The notes below the pieces were generated by a model. It was given only the letters and a program-made list of their open reading frames with translations, ran no database searches and had not been told where the DNA came from. 64,000 bases of DNA from Mobula hypostoma (Eukaryota). Below, piece after piece: positions 25,281 through 38,629 of the stretch. The DNA lies in the NCBI RefSeq assembly GCF_963921235.1, contig NC_086108.1, forward strand, positions 104,968,001 through 105,032,000, given 5' to 3'. The translations under genes and the position numbers were made by a program. Each line of letters starts with the position of its first letter. Position 1 is the first letter of the stretch.

Positions 25281-26039
25281 CAAAGATGTACCAGTGTTAC
25301 GTTAATTGATCATTGTAAATTGTCCTGTGATAGGGCGAGGGTTAAATCGGGGGATTGCCAGGGAGCACGGCTAGAAGGGCCAGAAGGGCCTATTCCATAC
25401 TGTATCTCAATAAATAAAGAAGTAAACAATAAGCATAAAGAACATGATGAATATAAATACATAAGATTAGCTTTTGTACAGTACCTACACTGATTGTATG
25501 CACATAAAGTGATTCTGGGCACAGAGTGTCTGTACGTAAGGTGACTGACAGGAAATGCTATCGTCATAGTGCTGGAGCAAATCTTATCTTAATCTTGTGT
25601 TTGGCAATCAGAAACATCATTGTTATTTAGGTCTTCTCTTTAAGTGAATTATTCATTTATTTGTTCATTTTTCAGCCTGTGGGCAACACTGACAGCATTG
25701 GCATTTATTCCAGGTTTGAAAGGCTTGTCATGTGAAGTGTGTTTGATGGCTCTGAGCCTATACTCACTGGAATTCAGAAGAATGACAGGTGACCTCACTG
25801 AAACTTGTGGAATGTTGAAGGGCTTCAACAGAGTGAATGTGGAGAGGATGTTTCCTATGATGGGGTAGTATAAGAACAAGAGGACACAGCCTTAGAATAT
25901 AGGGCATTCTTTTAGAACGGAGATGAGGAGGTATTTCTTTAGAGAGAGAGTGGTGAAACTGTGCAATTCATTGCCATAGGCAGCTATGGAGGCCAAGTTA
26001 GTGGGTATATAATAATAATAATAATAATAATAATAGTAA

Positions 26040-26870
26040 TAGAGAAATTATTTTGTTACAGCAGCAACATTTAAAATCACACAGCAATAATAATAAATAA
26101 TAATATTAACTAATAATAAAGTGCAGAATAATAATATACACAATAATAATTTTCCAATGTGCAATAATAAAACAGAGATTATTGTACTATGATGTGTGTT
26201 CTCCTGTCGCACTGAGATGAACTGTTGTCTGTGCTTACTGAATTTGGTAGGAAAGATTTTCTGTAACGATCCTCGTGACAGTGGAGCTGAATGAGTCTGT
26301 TCGAAAGGATACTCAGCTACTTATTCAGTAGGTAATGGAGAGGATGTGCCAGATTGTCCAGAATGAATAACAGTTTGCTTAGTGACCTCCTCTCCACCAC
26401 TAACTCAAAAGAGTCTGGGTTGTAGCCAAGGACAGATCCAGCCTTTTTGATGAGTTTATTTAGTCGTTTTGCATCACTAGCACCGACGCTGCTTTCCCAA
26501 TATAAAGCAGCAAAGAAGGTTGCACCTGCTGCAACAGACTGGTAAAAGATCTCCAGCATCCTGCTGCAAACATTGAAGGATCTCAGCTTCCTTAGGAATA
26601 GAGTCTGCTCATCCCCTTCTTGTAATCAGCCCTGGTGTTGGTTTTCCAGTCAAGTCTGTTGTTGAGGTGAACACCCAAGTATTTGTACTCCTCCACCACT
26701 GCAACTTCTTCTCCCTGAATGTATACAGGACTCGTCACCGTCCTCTTCCTCCTAAAATCAATCACCATCTCCCTGGGTTTGGCCACATTCAGGAGCTGGT
26801 GATTCCTCCCGCACCACTCCATAAACTTGTCCATCAGTCCTCTGTACTCCAACTCCTCTGATACACCCAA
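26040..26870 (-). mobile_element. Rex1/Babar-type LINE 3' fragment
   Basis: LNVAKPREMVIDFRR..EEYKYLGVHLNNRLDW..N..KKGMSRLY and FYQSVAAG..RLNKLIKKAGSV. Confidence 0.8.
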
Positions 26871-28667
26871 CCACCGCAGGGCCTTCAGAGAATTTCTGCA
26901 AGTGATGAGACTCAGATTTTGTACTGAAATCCTGAGATGTACAGTGTGAACAGAAACAGACAAACTCCTATACTTTAGGCAGAATTTGATAGCTTCTTGA
27001 TTGCTCAGAGCATGAAGGGATACGAGAAGAAAGCGGGAGACTAGGACTGAGAGGGAAAATGGATCAGCCATGATGAAATGGCATTTCAGTTTCGATGGGA
27101 CAAATGGCCTAATTCTGCCCCTGTATCTTATTGTCTTATCGTCTTTTTGCCTCTTGTTATCTGCTCTTCAGATGTCATGGTAGGCTTTCTTCACGCACTG
27201 ATGAAGTTCTTCTAGTGAAAGATGTTGTTCTTTTTGAGTATATTTGATAGGATGAAACTGAAGGAATAGTTGTCCCACTTGGAGAGCATTCAAGATGTTG
27301 GCTAGGGTGTATCAGATTAGATCAGTTGATCATTTGCTTATTGTTGATGCACCATTGAGAGCTTTCTGTCTGGATGCATAATGGCTTGATATTTCAACTG
27401 CTCTACATGTGACCATTAGAAACTGAAGAGTCGTGGGCACAGCTCAACCCATCACAGGAATCAGTCCCTCCTTTATAGACTCTGTCTATACTACTCATGG
27501 GCTTGGTAAAGGAGCCAACACAACCAAAGACTCCACACACCCTGGCATTCTCTTTTCTCCCCCATCCCACCGGGCAGAACAAAAGTCCTGAAAGTATGTA
27601 CCACCAAGCTCAAGGACAGTTTCTATCCTGTAGTTATGAGATCTTGAACTGATAGAGTCTTGTATGATAATATAGACTCTTGACCTCACAAACTACCTTG
27701 TTATGACCTTACACTTTAGCACTTACCTGCAAGCTTTTACACTTTATTCTTCATTGTTATTGTTTACCTTGTTCTAGCTCAATGCCCTGTGTAATGATTT
27801 GATCTGTATGAAAAGTATGTAAGACAAGCTTTCTCTTAATCTTAGTGCCTGCAACAATAATGAACCAATACCAAAACCAATAACCAGCTGAAGGAAAGGC
27901 TTCATTAAGCTGAAAAAATGCAGAGAAAGTTTATAAGATGTTGCCAGGGCTTGCTAGAAGACTGAGGTGCATAGATACGGTAAGTGCACACAGTCTTTTT
28001 CCAAGGGAAAGATAACCAAAAACTAGAGGTCAGAGGTTAAAGGTGAAAGGGAAAATATTAAAATGGCTCTGCAGGAGCAACTATTTCACACAGAAGATGG
28101 AGTATTTTTTGTTGAGTACCAGAGGAAGTAGTTCAGACAGGTACAGAAATAACAACATTTAAAAGACACTCTGGTAGATGCATAGATAAGTAAGTTTAGA
28201 TGGATTTGGGCGAGATGTGGGTCATATGGCAATGTTTTGTGGGCAGCATACAAAATTACTAGATATACATTGTCTGAACTGTTATCACTGCAATCTGCAG
28301 CCCATAATTTCCCTTTAAGAAGCATACTTCTGAACTCTATTATTTATTTCTATTTTATTTGCTCTATTTGTCTTCTTTTGCACATAGGTTGTGTTCAGTT
28401 TTTGTTTGTGTACAGATTTTCATAAATTTTATTGTATTTCATTATTTTCTTGCAAATGACTAAAAGAAAATGAATCTCTGGGTAGTAATGATGACATATA
28501 TGTACTAAATAAACTTACTCTGACTTACTTTGACATCAGGTCAGCATGGATGATTTGGGCTAAAGGGCCTGTTTCTGTGTTGTATTACTCCATGACTCTC
28601 TTAATTCATGAACAAAATTTAAATTCTACAGCTGGTAGAATATGAATTCACACCTCTGAATAGCTCA

Positions 28668-28730
28668 CAAAAAGTGCCTTGGAATCTTTCATATGCACCT
28701 GAGTTAAGGCCTTAATTAGTATCTTGTTTA
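28668..28730 (+). mobile_element. Possible ancient Deu-domain SINE remnant
   Basis: aaaaagtgccttggaatctttcatatgcacctgag..ggcct resembles the Deu core as I recall it (agtgccatgggatcttttacgtccacctgag); needs alignment. Confidence 0.4.
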
Positions 28731-30544
28731 CCATAACTCCTGTAGCAATGAAGTCGCTAATTTTTTGAGCTGGCTTCTCCGGGGAGGATGGAGAACTGAA
28801 AATTCTCAAGACACTCAGCAGGTCATAGAGTTTCGGAATAACACAGCACAGTAACGAGCTCGTCAGCTCATCTGGTCCATCCTGAACCAGTCCCATCTAC
28901 CTGTACCTGGACCATATCCCTCCAAACCCCTTCCATCCACTTACTTATCCAAACTTCTCTTAAATGTTACAATTGAACCCACAATATTTCATCAGGTGTT
29001 TGAGGAGATTTGGTACGTCGCCAAAGACACTCGGAAGTTTCTACAGATGAACTGTGAGGAGCATTGTAAGTGGCTGCATCATCATCTGGTATGGGGGGAA
29101 GGGTGGGGGGGCGCTACTACACAAGATTGGAATTAGCTGTAGAAAGTTGTGAACTCAATCAGCTCCGTTATGGGCACTAGCCTCCACAGCATTGAGGACA
29201 CCTTTAAGGAGCGATGCCTCAGAAAGGTGGCATCCATCATTAATGACCCCACCATTACAGAGGTCATACCTTGTTCTCATTGCTACCATCAAGAGGAAAT
29301 ACAGGAGCTTGAAGACATAAACTCAACGATTCAGATACAGGTTCTTCCCCTCTGCCATCAGATTTCTGAACGGACATTGAACCCATGAACACTAACCACC
29401 TCATTACTTTTTTTTCTTTAAGGCCGAAATTTATCTTTATATATAATTCTCATGGTAATTTACAGTTTTGAATATTATGTATTACATTGTACTGCTGCTG
29501 CATAACAAATAAATTTTATGACCAATACTCATTCTAATTCTGACATCTATCACTGCTGCTGGCAGCAGGTTCTGCACTCACATCTCCCCTGCGAGTGAAG
29601 AAATTACCTCACAGGGTCCCCTTGAATATTTTACTTTTTACCCGAAACCTATGACCACTGTCTCCAATCAGGTAGCATCTTCAGAATGTATCTTCTTCAT
29701 CTTGAAACATTATCTCTGTTTCACCTTCCACAAGTGGTTTAACTTGCTGATAGTTAGCCGCATTTTCTGCTTTGAATTCAGATTTCCAGTCTGCGATTTT
29801 ATTTTAATTTTCACTGCCCGGATGCAGACTTGAGTTCCGCCCTAAACTTCACCAGTCTATTTTTCTGTTGAAACCAGTGAACTGTGAAGACATTAAATGA
29901 CTAATGTGAGGGGGCCTTAATTTGAAGGTGATGAAAGGAAAGTGTGGGGGGTCGGGGGATGCCAAAAATAACATTTTTACGCAGAGAGTGGTGAGTGCAT
30001 TGCCAGGGTGGTGGGAGAGGGACATTTAACAGATCCTTAGATAGGCACATGGATGATAGAAACAATGGATGGCTATTATTCCAGAAGACCACTAAAACAC
30101 CCTTAGCCACAGGTGAGGTGCCAAAGAATCAGGCTTATTATCACCGGCATCCTTCGTGAAATTTGTTAACTTAGCAGCAGCAGTACAATGAAATATACGA
30201 CAATATAGAAAGAAGAAAAAAAAAGTATTTCAATCACAGTATGTATATATTTTGTAAATATTTAAAATAGTGCAAAAAACAGAAATAATATATATTAAAG
30301 AAAAGTGAAGTAGTATTCATGGGTTTGATGACCATTTAGGAATCGGATGGCAGAGGGGAAGAAGCTGTCCCTGAATCGCTGAGTGTGTGCCTTCAGGCTT
30401 CTGTACCTCCGCCCTGACAGTAACGATGAGAAATGAGTATGCCCTGGATGATGGGGGTCATTAATGATGGATGTCACCTTTCTGAGGCATTGTTCCTTGA
30501 AGATGCCCACAAGACTATAAGACCATAAGATATAGGAGCTGACT

Positions 30545-31185
30545 AATTTTGCAACTTTCTGCAATTTCTTACGGTCCAGTCAGTAGTTCCCACCACCACC
30601 TCACCCCCCCCCCCCACCAGACAGCAGAATGCTCTCCATGGTACATTTATGGAAGTTTTTGAGTGTTTTAGTGGGCAAACCATATCTCTTTAAATTCCTA
30701 ATGAAATATAGCAGCTGCCTTTTCTTCTTTGTAACTGCATCGATGTGTTGGAACCAAGTTAGATGCTCTCGATACCCAGAAACTTGAAATTGCTCACTCT
30801 CTTCACTTCTGATCCCTCCATGAGGATTGGTTCATGTTCCCTTGTCTTACCCTTCCTGAAGTCCACAATCAGCTCTTTCATCTTAGTGACATTGAGTGCC
30901 AGGTTGTTGCTGCGACACCACTCAGCTAGCTGGTATATCTTGTTCCTGCACACCCTCTCAACTCCATCTCAGATTCTACCAAAAATGGTTGTATCATCAG
31001 CAAATTTATAGATGGTACTTGAGCTATACCTAGCCACACAGTCATGGGTATAGAGGGAGTAGAGCAGTGGGCTAAGCACACATCCCTGAGATGCACCAGT
31101 GTTGATCATCAGCAAGGAGGAGACATTATCACCAATCCACCCAGATTGTGGTCTTCTGGTTAGGAAGTCGAGGATCCAATTGCAA
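30545..31185 (-). mobile_element. Rex1/Babar-type RT fragment
   Basis: [36 protein letters not shown] and WCRSNNLALNVTKMKELIVDFRK. Confidence 0.85.
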
Positions 31186-31415
31186 TCACATACACTTACG
31201 TAGGAGAGAAGGGCTAGAGTGATCATAGAGTGGGTTAAAACTTTGGTGCAACATCATGGGCCAAAGGGTCTGTAATATGCTGTAATTTACCAAGTTCTAT
31301 GTCTGCATGAATGACAGAAAGATAGAATGATAGAATGTCCATATGTAGCAGAGTGCGGTTAGATTGTTTGTAGGGATGGTTAAAATGTCAGTACAACATT
31401 GTGGGCTGAAGAGCC

Positions 31416-31851
31416 TGTACTGTGCTGTACTGTACTGTATTGTGCTGTGCTGTACTGTGCTGTGCTGTACTGCACTGTACTGTGCTGTACTGTATTGTGC
31501 TGTACTGTACTGTATTGTGCTGTGCTGTACTGTGCTGTACTGTACTATGCTGTACTGTACTGTACTGTATTGTGCTGTACTGTACTGTACTGTATTGTGC
31601 TGTGCTGTACTGCGCTGTACTGTACTGTGCTGCACTGTATTGTGCTGTACTGTACTGTATTGTGCTGTACTGTACTGTGCTGTACTGTATTGTGCTGTAC
31701 TGTACTGTGCTGTGCTGTACTGCGCTGTACTGTATTGTACTGTGCTGTACTGTATTGTACTGTACTGTGCTGTGCTGTACTGCGCTGTACTGTATTGTAC
31801 TGTGCTGTACTGTATTGTGCTGTACTGTACTGTGCTGTGCTGTACTGCGCT
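31416..31851. repeat. Pentanucleotide microsatellite (CTGTA/CTGTG/TTGTG variants)
   Basis: About 435 bp of 5-mer variants; it explains the Cys/Tyr-rich and Ser/Thr-rich spurious ORFs. Confidence 0.95.
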
Positions 31852-32805
31852 GTCTCTGTTTTATGTTCTTCAGAAAACTGATTTTAAACAGTTGCAAAAA
31901 GAGTGAAACACAATTTATTGTCTTCACGCGTACCTTGATCAGTCAATCTGGGAATAAATTATGCAGAGATGATTTATTTCAAGTTGCATCCTTTCTTTTG
32001 CAAAGGTAATACAGTAATTTAACAAGGTCTTTACATATGCCCAAAGCAATGCTTGGTCATTTCACATATGAATTGTCTTCTGTTGCCATGATGTAATAGA
32101 TGTGGTATTCCCTTTGGTGTGAAATCTCCCTGTGCCTTGTTTAAAGGAAATATGAGGCAATGCAGGAATGTTATGACTTTCTAGACTGATGCAGAGGGAA
32201 GTTTTTTTTTCAGTTGGGTAAATGCCCTTCAATCTTTTGGGATAGATTTTATGCAGATTCAGATTAGTTTATTGTCATATACACTGATGTACAATGGAAT
32301 TCCTTGCAAGCACGAAGCTCACAGAGTAAATAGTACACTTGGTCATATACACTCAGTTCCCACATCATTAGCTACCTCCTGCACCTAATAAAATGGACAC
32401 TGAGTGTACGTTCACGGTCCTCTGCTGCTCTAGCCCATCCAATTCAAGGTTCAACGTGTTGTGCAGTCAGAGATGCTCTTCTGCACATCACTGGTATAAC
32501 GTGTGGTTATTTGAGTTACAGTCGCCTTCCTGTCAGCTTGAACTAGTCTGGCCATTCTCCTCTGACCTCTCTCATTAACAAGGTTTATTTGCCCGCAGAA
32601 GTGCTATCCTAGATTTTTTTCCCCTGTTTGCACCATTCCACTGTGAACTCTGCTGTGCGAGAAATTCTCAGGAGATTAGCAGTTTCTGAGATACTCAAAC
32701 CACCCTGTCTGGCAACAGCAATCATTCCACGGTCAAAGTCACTTAGATCAAATTTATTCCCCATTCTGATGTTTGGTCTGATCAACAACTGAAACTCTTG
32801 ACCTT

Positions 32806-35730
32806 CTGATGCCGTGATATGAGAGAAGGTTCTTGGGAAAGTGGAAGTTCTAAAGTTAGATAAATCATCTGGACCAGATGGCGTATACTCCAGAGTTCTG
32901 AAAGAGGTGGGTGAAGAGGTTGTGGAGGCATTAATAATGATCTTTCAAGAATCACTTGATAGGGAGAGATACTATAGAGAGAGTGCAGAGGAGATCTACA
33001 AGGACATTGCGTGGATTGGAGAGCATGGTTTATGAGAGTAGATTGAGTGAACTTGGCCTTTTCTCCACGGAGTGACAGGTTATGAGAGGTGACCTAATAG
33101 AGCTGTATAAGATGATGAGAGGCATTGATCGTGTGGATAGCCAGAGGCTATTTCCTAGGGCTGAAATAGCTAACACAAGGGAGTATAGTTTTAAGGTGCT
33201 TTGAAGTAGATATAAGGGGGATGTCAGAGGTAAATTTTTCATGCAGAGAGTGCTGGGTGCGTGGAATACACTGGCAGCAAAGGTGGTAGAGGCAGATACA
33301 ATAGGGTGTTTTAAAAGACTCTTAGATGGATACATGAAGCTTAGAAAAATAGAGGGCTATGCAGTTGGGAAATTCTAGGCAGTTTCTACAGTAGGTTATA
33401 TGGTCAGCAGAACATTGTGGGCCAAAGGGCCTGTAATGTTCTGTAGATGTACTGTTTCTATGTTCCGGAAGACTGGAAAATTGTAAATGTCACTCCACTC
33501 TTCAAGAAGGGAGAGAGGCAGAAGAAAGGCTACTCTAGGCCAGTTAGTCTGACCTCAGTGGTTGGGAAGATGTTGGAATAGATGATTAAGGATGAGGTCT
33601 CAGGGTACTTGGAGGCACATGATAAAATAGGCCAGAATCAGTGAGGTTTCCTCAAGAGAAAATCTTGCCTGACAAATCTGTTGGAATTCTTTGAAGAAGT
33701 AGCAGGCAAGATAGACAAAGGAGAATTGGTAGATATCGTGTACTTGGATTTTCAGAAGGCCTTTGACAAAGTGCCACACATAAGGCTGCTTAACAAACTA
33801 CAAGCCCGTGGTGTTACAGAAAAGACTCTAGCATGGATAAGGCAGTGGCTGACTGGAAGGAGGCAACAATGTGTGGGAATAAAGGGAGCATTTTTGGTTG
33901 GCTGCTGGAGATTAGTGGTCTTCCTCAGGGTATGCTGTTGGGACCAATCCTTTTTACATTATATGTCAATGATTTGGTTGATGGAATTGATGGCTTTGTT
34001 GTGAATTTGGCAGACGATATGAAGATAGGCGGAATGGCAGGTAGTTTTTGAGGAAGTAGAGAGGCTACAGAAGGACCTGGACAGAGTACGAAAATGGGGG
34101 AAGAAATGGTGGATGGAATACAGTGCTGGGAAGTGTCTGATCATGCATTTTGGTAGAAGAAATGAAGGGGGTTGAATCTTTTCTAAATAGAGAGAAAATA
34201 CAAAAAGCTGTGATGCAAAGGGATTTAAGAGGCCTTATGCAGGATTCCCTAAAGGTTAATTTGCAGGTTAAATCTTGTGGTGAGGAAGGCAAATGCAATG
34301 CTAGCATAATGTGGATAAATGTGAAGTTATCCACTTTGGTGGCAAAAATAGGAAAACAGATTATTATCTGAATGGTGGCCGATTAGGAAAAGGGGAGGTG
34401 CAACGAGACCTGGGTGTCATTATACACCAGTCATTGAAAGTGGGCATGCAGGTACAGCAGGCGGTGAAAAAGGCGAACGGTATGCTGGCATTTATAGCGA
34501 GAGGATTCGAGTACAGGAGCAGGGAGGTACTACTGCAGTTGTACAAGGCCTTGGTGAGACCACACCTGGAGTATTGTGTGCAGTTTTGGTCCCCTAATCT
34601 GAGGAAAGACATCTTTGCCATAGAGGGAGTACAAAGAAGGTTCACCAGATTGATTCCTGGGATGGCAGGTCTTTCATATGAAGAAAGACTGGATGAACTG
34701 GGCTTGTACTCGTTGGAATTTAGAAGATTGAGGGGGGATCTGATTGAAACGTATAAGATCCTAAAGGGATTGGACAGGCTAGATGCAGGAAGATTGTTCC
34801 CGATGTTGGGGAGGTCTAGAACGAGGGGTCACAGTTTGAGGATAGAGGGGAAGCCTTTTAGGACCGAGGTTAGGAAAAACTTCTTCACACAGAGAGTGGT
34901 GAATCTGTGGAATTCTCTGCCACAGCAAACTGTTGAGGCCAGTTCATTAGCTATGTTTAAAAGGAAGTTAGATATGGCCCTTGTGGCTACAGGGGTCAGG
35001 GGGTATGGAGGGAAGGCTGGGTTCTGAGTTGGATGATCAGCCATGATCATAATAAATGGCGGTGCAGGCTCGAAGGGCCGAATGGCCTACTCCTGCACCT
35101 ATTTTCTATGTTTCTATGTTTCTATTCATTTCAAGAGGATTAGATTATAAAAGCAAGATGTAATGTTGAGACTTTATAAAGCACTGGGGAGGGCTCACTT
35201 GGTGTATTGTGAGCAGGTCTGGGCCTCTTGTCTTAGAAAGGATGTGCTGAAATTGGAGCGGGTTCAAAGGAGGTTCATGAAAATGGCTTGTCATATGAAG
35301 AGCGCTTGATGGCTCTGGGCCTGTACTCACTAGAATTCAGAAGAATAATGGGTGACCTCATTGAAATCTATTGGATGGTGAAAGACCTTGATAGAGTGGA
35401 TGTGGAGAGGATGTTCCCTATGATGGGAGAGTCTAAGACCGGAGGACACAGCTTCAGAATAGAGGAGCCTCCTTTCAGAATGGAGATGAGGGGAAATTTC
35501 TTTAGCCAGAATTCCGTGGAATTCGTTGCCACAGGCAGCTGTGGAGGCCAAGTCTTTATGTATATTTTAGGCAGAGATTGATTGATTGATTGATTGATTG
35601 GTTAGGGCATTAATCAATACGGGGGAAGGCAAGAGATGGAGAGGAAAATTGGATCAGCCATGATGAAATTGTGGAGCAGACTTGATGGGCCAAATGGCCT
35701 AATTCTGCTCCTATATCTTCTCATCTTATG
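32806..35730 (+). mobile_element. Old CR1 (RT region) carrying two nested CR1 insertions
   Basis: DKSSGPDG.., YLDFQKAFDKVPH, LADD. Interrupted at ~32962-33464 and 34307-35124. Confidence 0.85.
34307..35124 (+). mobile_element. Young CR1 3' fragment with uninterrupted frame
   Basis: The 238-aa ORF 34311-35027 matches the C-terminus of the 749-aa ORF; (TTCTATGT)n tail. Confidence 0.95.
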
Positions 35731-36023
35731 TAATAGATGAGATCAGCAGTCTCTGTGGTACCCATCCCCCATCCCCACCCCCCACCCCCGTCCGGCACCA
35801 ACAATCATTCCACAGTCAAAGTTACTTAGATCACATTTCTTCCCCATTCTGATGTTTGTTCTGAACAGCAACTGAACTTCTTGACCATGTCTGCATGCTT
35901 TTATACATTGAGTTACTGCTACATGATTAAGGGCTTAGATATTTGCATTAATGAGCAGGTGTACAGGTGTACCTAATAATGTGGCCAACTGAGTGTAAAC
36001 GTAGCAATAAATACAATGATGTG

Positions 36024-36710
36024 ATATATTGGCGAGACCTGACGCAGACTGGGTGATCATTTTGCTGAACACCTACGCTCTGTCCGCCAGAGAAAGCAGG
36101 GTCTCCCAGAGGCCACATATTTTAATTCATCGTCCCATCCCCATTCTGATATGTCTATCCACGGCCTCCTCTACTGTAAAGATGAAGCCACACTCAGGTT
36201 GGAGGAACAACACTTTATATTTCGTCTGGGTAGCCTCCAACCTGATGGCACGAACATTGACTTCTCAAACTTCCGCTAATGCCCCACCTCCCCCTTGTAC
36301 CCCATACGTTACTTATTTATATACACACGTTCTTTCTCTCTCTCTCCTTCTTCTCCCTCTGTCCCTCTCACTATACCCCTTGCCCATCCTCTGGGTTTTT
36401 CTCCCCCTCCCCCTTTTCCCTCTCCCTGGGCCTCCTGTCCCATGATCCTCTCATATCCCTTTTGCCAGTCACCTGTCCAGCTCTTGGCTCCATCCCTCCC
36501 CCTCCTGTCTTCTCCTATCATTTCGGATCTCCCCTTCCCCCTCCTACTTTCAAATCTCTTACTAGCTCTTCTTTCAATTAGTCCTGACAAAGGGTCTCGG
36601 CCTGAAACGTCGACTGTACCTCTTCCTAGAGATGCTGCCTGGCCTGTTGCGTCAGCAACTTTGATGTGTGTTGCTTGAATTTCCAGCATCTGCAGATTTC
36701 CTCGTGTTTG
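36024..36710 (+). mobile_element. Relatively young Penelope-like insertion (GIY-YIG 3' part and pLTR)
   Basis: YIGET*RRLGDHFAEHLRSVR..LEEQHFIFRLGSLQPDGTNIDFSNFR; TSD caatgatgtg at 36014-36023 and 36711-36720. Confidence 0.9.
36580..36615 (+). ncRNA. Minimal type I hammerhead ribozyme motif (CUGANGA box mutated to CUGACAA)
   Basis: agtc CTGACAA agggtctcggcct GAAAC GTC gact; stem I is agtc/gact. Confidence 0.7.
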
Positions 36711-36921
36711 CAATGATGTGTAATGTTTAGTTTTTCATTGTTCTATTGTAAATATTTGTTCTAGTGTGAATGCCTGCAAAAAATGAATCTGAGTGTAGTA
36801 TACAGAGATATATAGACACTTCTGTAATACATTTACTTTGAACTTTGAAAACAGCTGAATTGTGCAAAGGGACAGCACAGTAGCATTGTAGTTAGTGCAA
36901 TCGCTTTATAGCGCCATCTTT

Positions 36922-37644
36922 AAGACCTGAGGAGAGTTAAGGTACCGGTGACTCCTGTTTTCATCCAGGGGGTCAGTGTGGACATGGTGGAGGATTACAA
37001 ATACCTCGGGATACGTATTGACAATAAACTGGACTGGTCTAAGAACACTGAGGCTGTCTACAAGAAGGGTCAGAGCCGTCTCTATTTCCTGAGGAGACTG
37101 AGGTCCTTTAACATCTGTCGGACGATGCTGAGGATGTTCTACGAGTCTGTGGTGGCCAGTGCTATCATGTTTGCTGTTGTGTGCTGGGGCAGCAGGCTGA
37201 GGGTAGCAGACACCAACAGAATCAACAAACTTATTCGTAAGGCCAGTGATGTTGTGGGGATGGAACTGGACTCTCTGACGGTGGTGTCCGAAAAGAGGAT
37301 GCTGTCCAAGTTGCATGCCATCTTGGTCAATGTCTCCCATCCACTACATAATGTACTGGGTGGGCACAGGAGTACATTCAGCCAGAGACTCATTCCTCCG
37401 AGATGCAACACAGAGCGTCATAGGAAGTCATTCCTGCCTGTGGCCATCAAACTTTACAACTCCTCCCTTGGAGGGTCAGACTCCCTATGCCGATATGCTG
37501 GTCCTAGACTTATTTCATATTTTACTGGCATAATTTACATATTACTATTTAACTATTTATGGTTCTATTACTATTTATTATTTATGGTGCAACTGTAACG
37601 AAAACCAATTTCCCCCTGGGATCAATAAAGTATGACTATGACTA
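36922..37644 (+). mobile_element. Young Rex1/Babar-type 3' fragment inserted in a V-SINE
   Basis: Open ORF YKYLGIRIDNKLDWSKN..RLYFLRRLRSF..FYESVVAS; AATAAA followed by a (TATGAC)n tail. Confidence 0.9.
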
Positions 37645-38629
37645 TTAGGATTCATTTCCCGCTGCTGTCTATGAGGAGTTTGCAACATCCTCTCTACTAG
37701 CTTTCGATGCCCTGGTTTCCTCCCACATTACAAAGACATACGGGTTAGCATTGGTAGGTTGTGGGCATGCTGTATTAATATTTATATTTATTATGTTACT
37801 TTTTATTGTTGTGTTCCAGATTAACAATTATTTCATTCACCTTTATACTTATGAGCTGGAAATTATATTGAACAATCTTGAATCTTGAAGCATAGCAATT
37901 CTCGGTGGGGTGCCCACAGCGCATCCTTGGACTGTGTTGGTCGTTGACACAAACAACATATTTCACTGTATGTTTCAATATAATGTGACAAATAAAGCTC
38001 ATCTTTAATCTTTGAGAATTTCCATTAATTCATCTCCATCCGGTGCTGAACAATCATGAACCCACGTAGAATCAGAATCAGGTTTATTATCACTGATGTA
38101 TGATGTTAATTTTGTTATTTTAGTGTAGTGGAACAGTGCAAAGACATAAAAATCTACAATTTAAAAAATAAATTAGTGTAAATAAAAACTTTGTGTTTAG
38201 GGTCGATTCAGAAATACGATTATTATCGAAAAAATTTGTAAATTGGTTTATATTGTTATACGTACTAAGGTAGAATGAGAACAACACATCCTCAGACTGT
38301 GTTGGTCATTAATACAAATGACAAATTTTACTGTATGTTTCGAAGTTCCGGCATTCATGTGTAAACAAAGCTAATCTTTCTTTCCCTGGTTGTCACTGAA
38401 TAGAAATACTTGAGCTACTGATCTAACAGAATTCTGGGTTTGCCTTTTCCAAGCACGCTGATTCAAGGGAGACCACTCACCACCACCTACACAGGGACAA
38501 TTCTTTAAATGTCATTCTCTGTATGAATGCAAAAAAAAATGAAGTGTGAGTTTCGGCTGGCTGGTCTACCATTTTCCAAACAAGAGGAAGTCTGCAGATG
38601 CTGGAAAACTGAGCAACAGTATAGGACTC

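Noticed and set aside
31297..32009. Cys-rich and Ser/Thr-rich ORFs of 112-195 aa
   Set aside because: These are translations of the pentanucleotide microsatellite.
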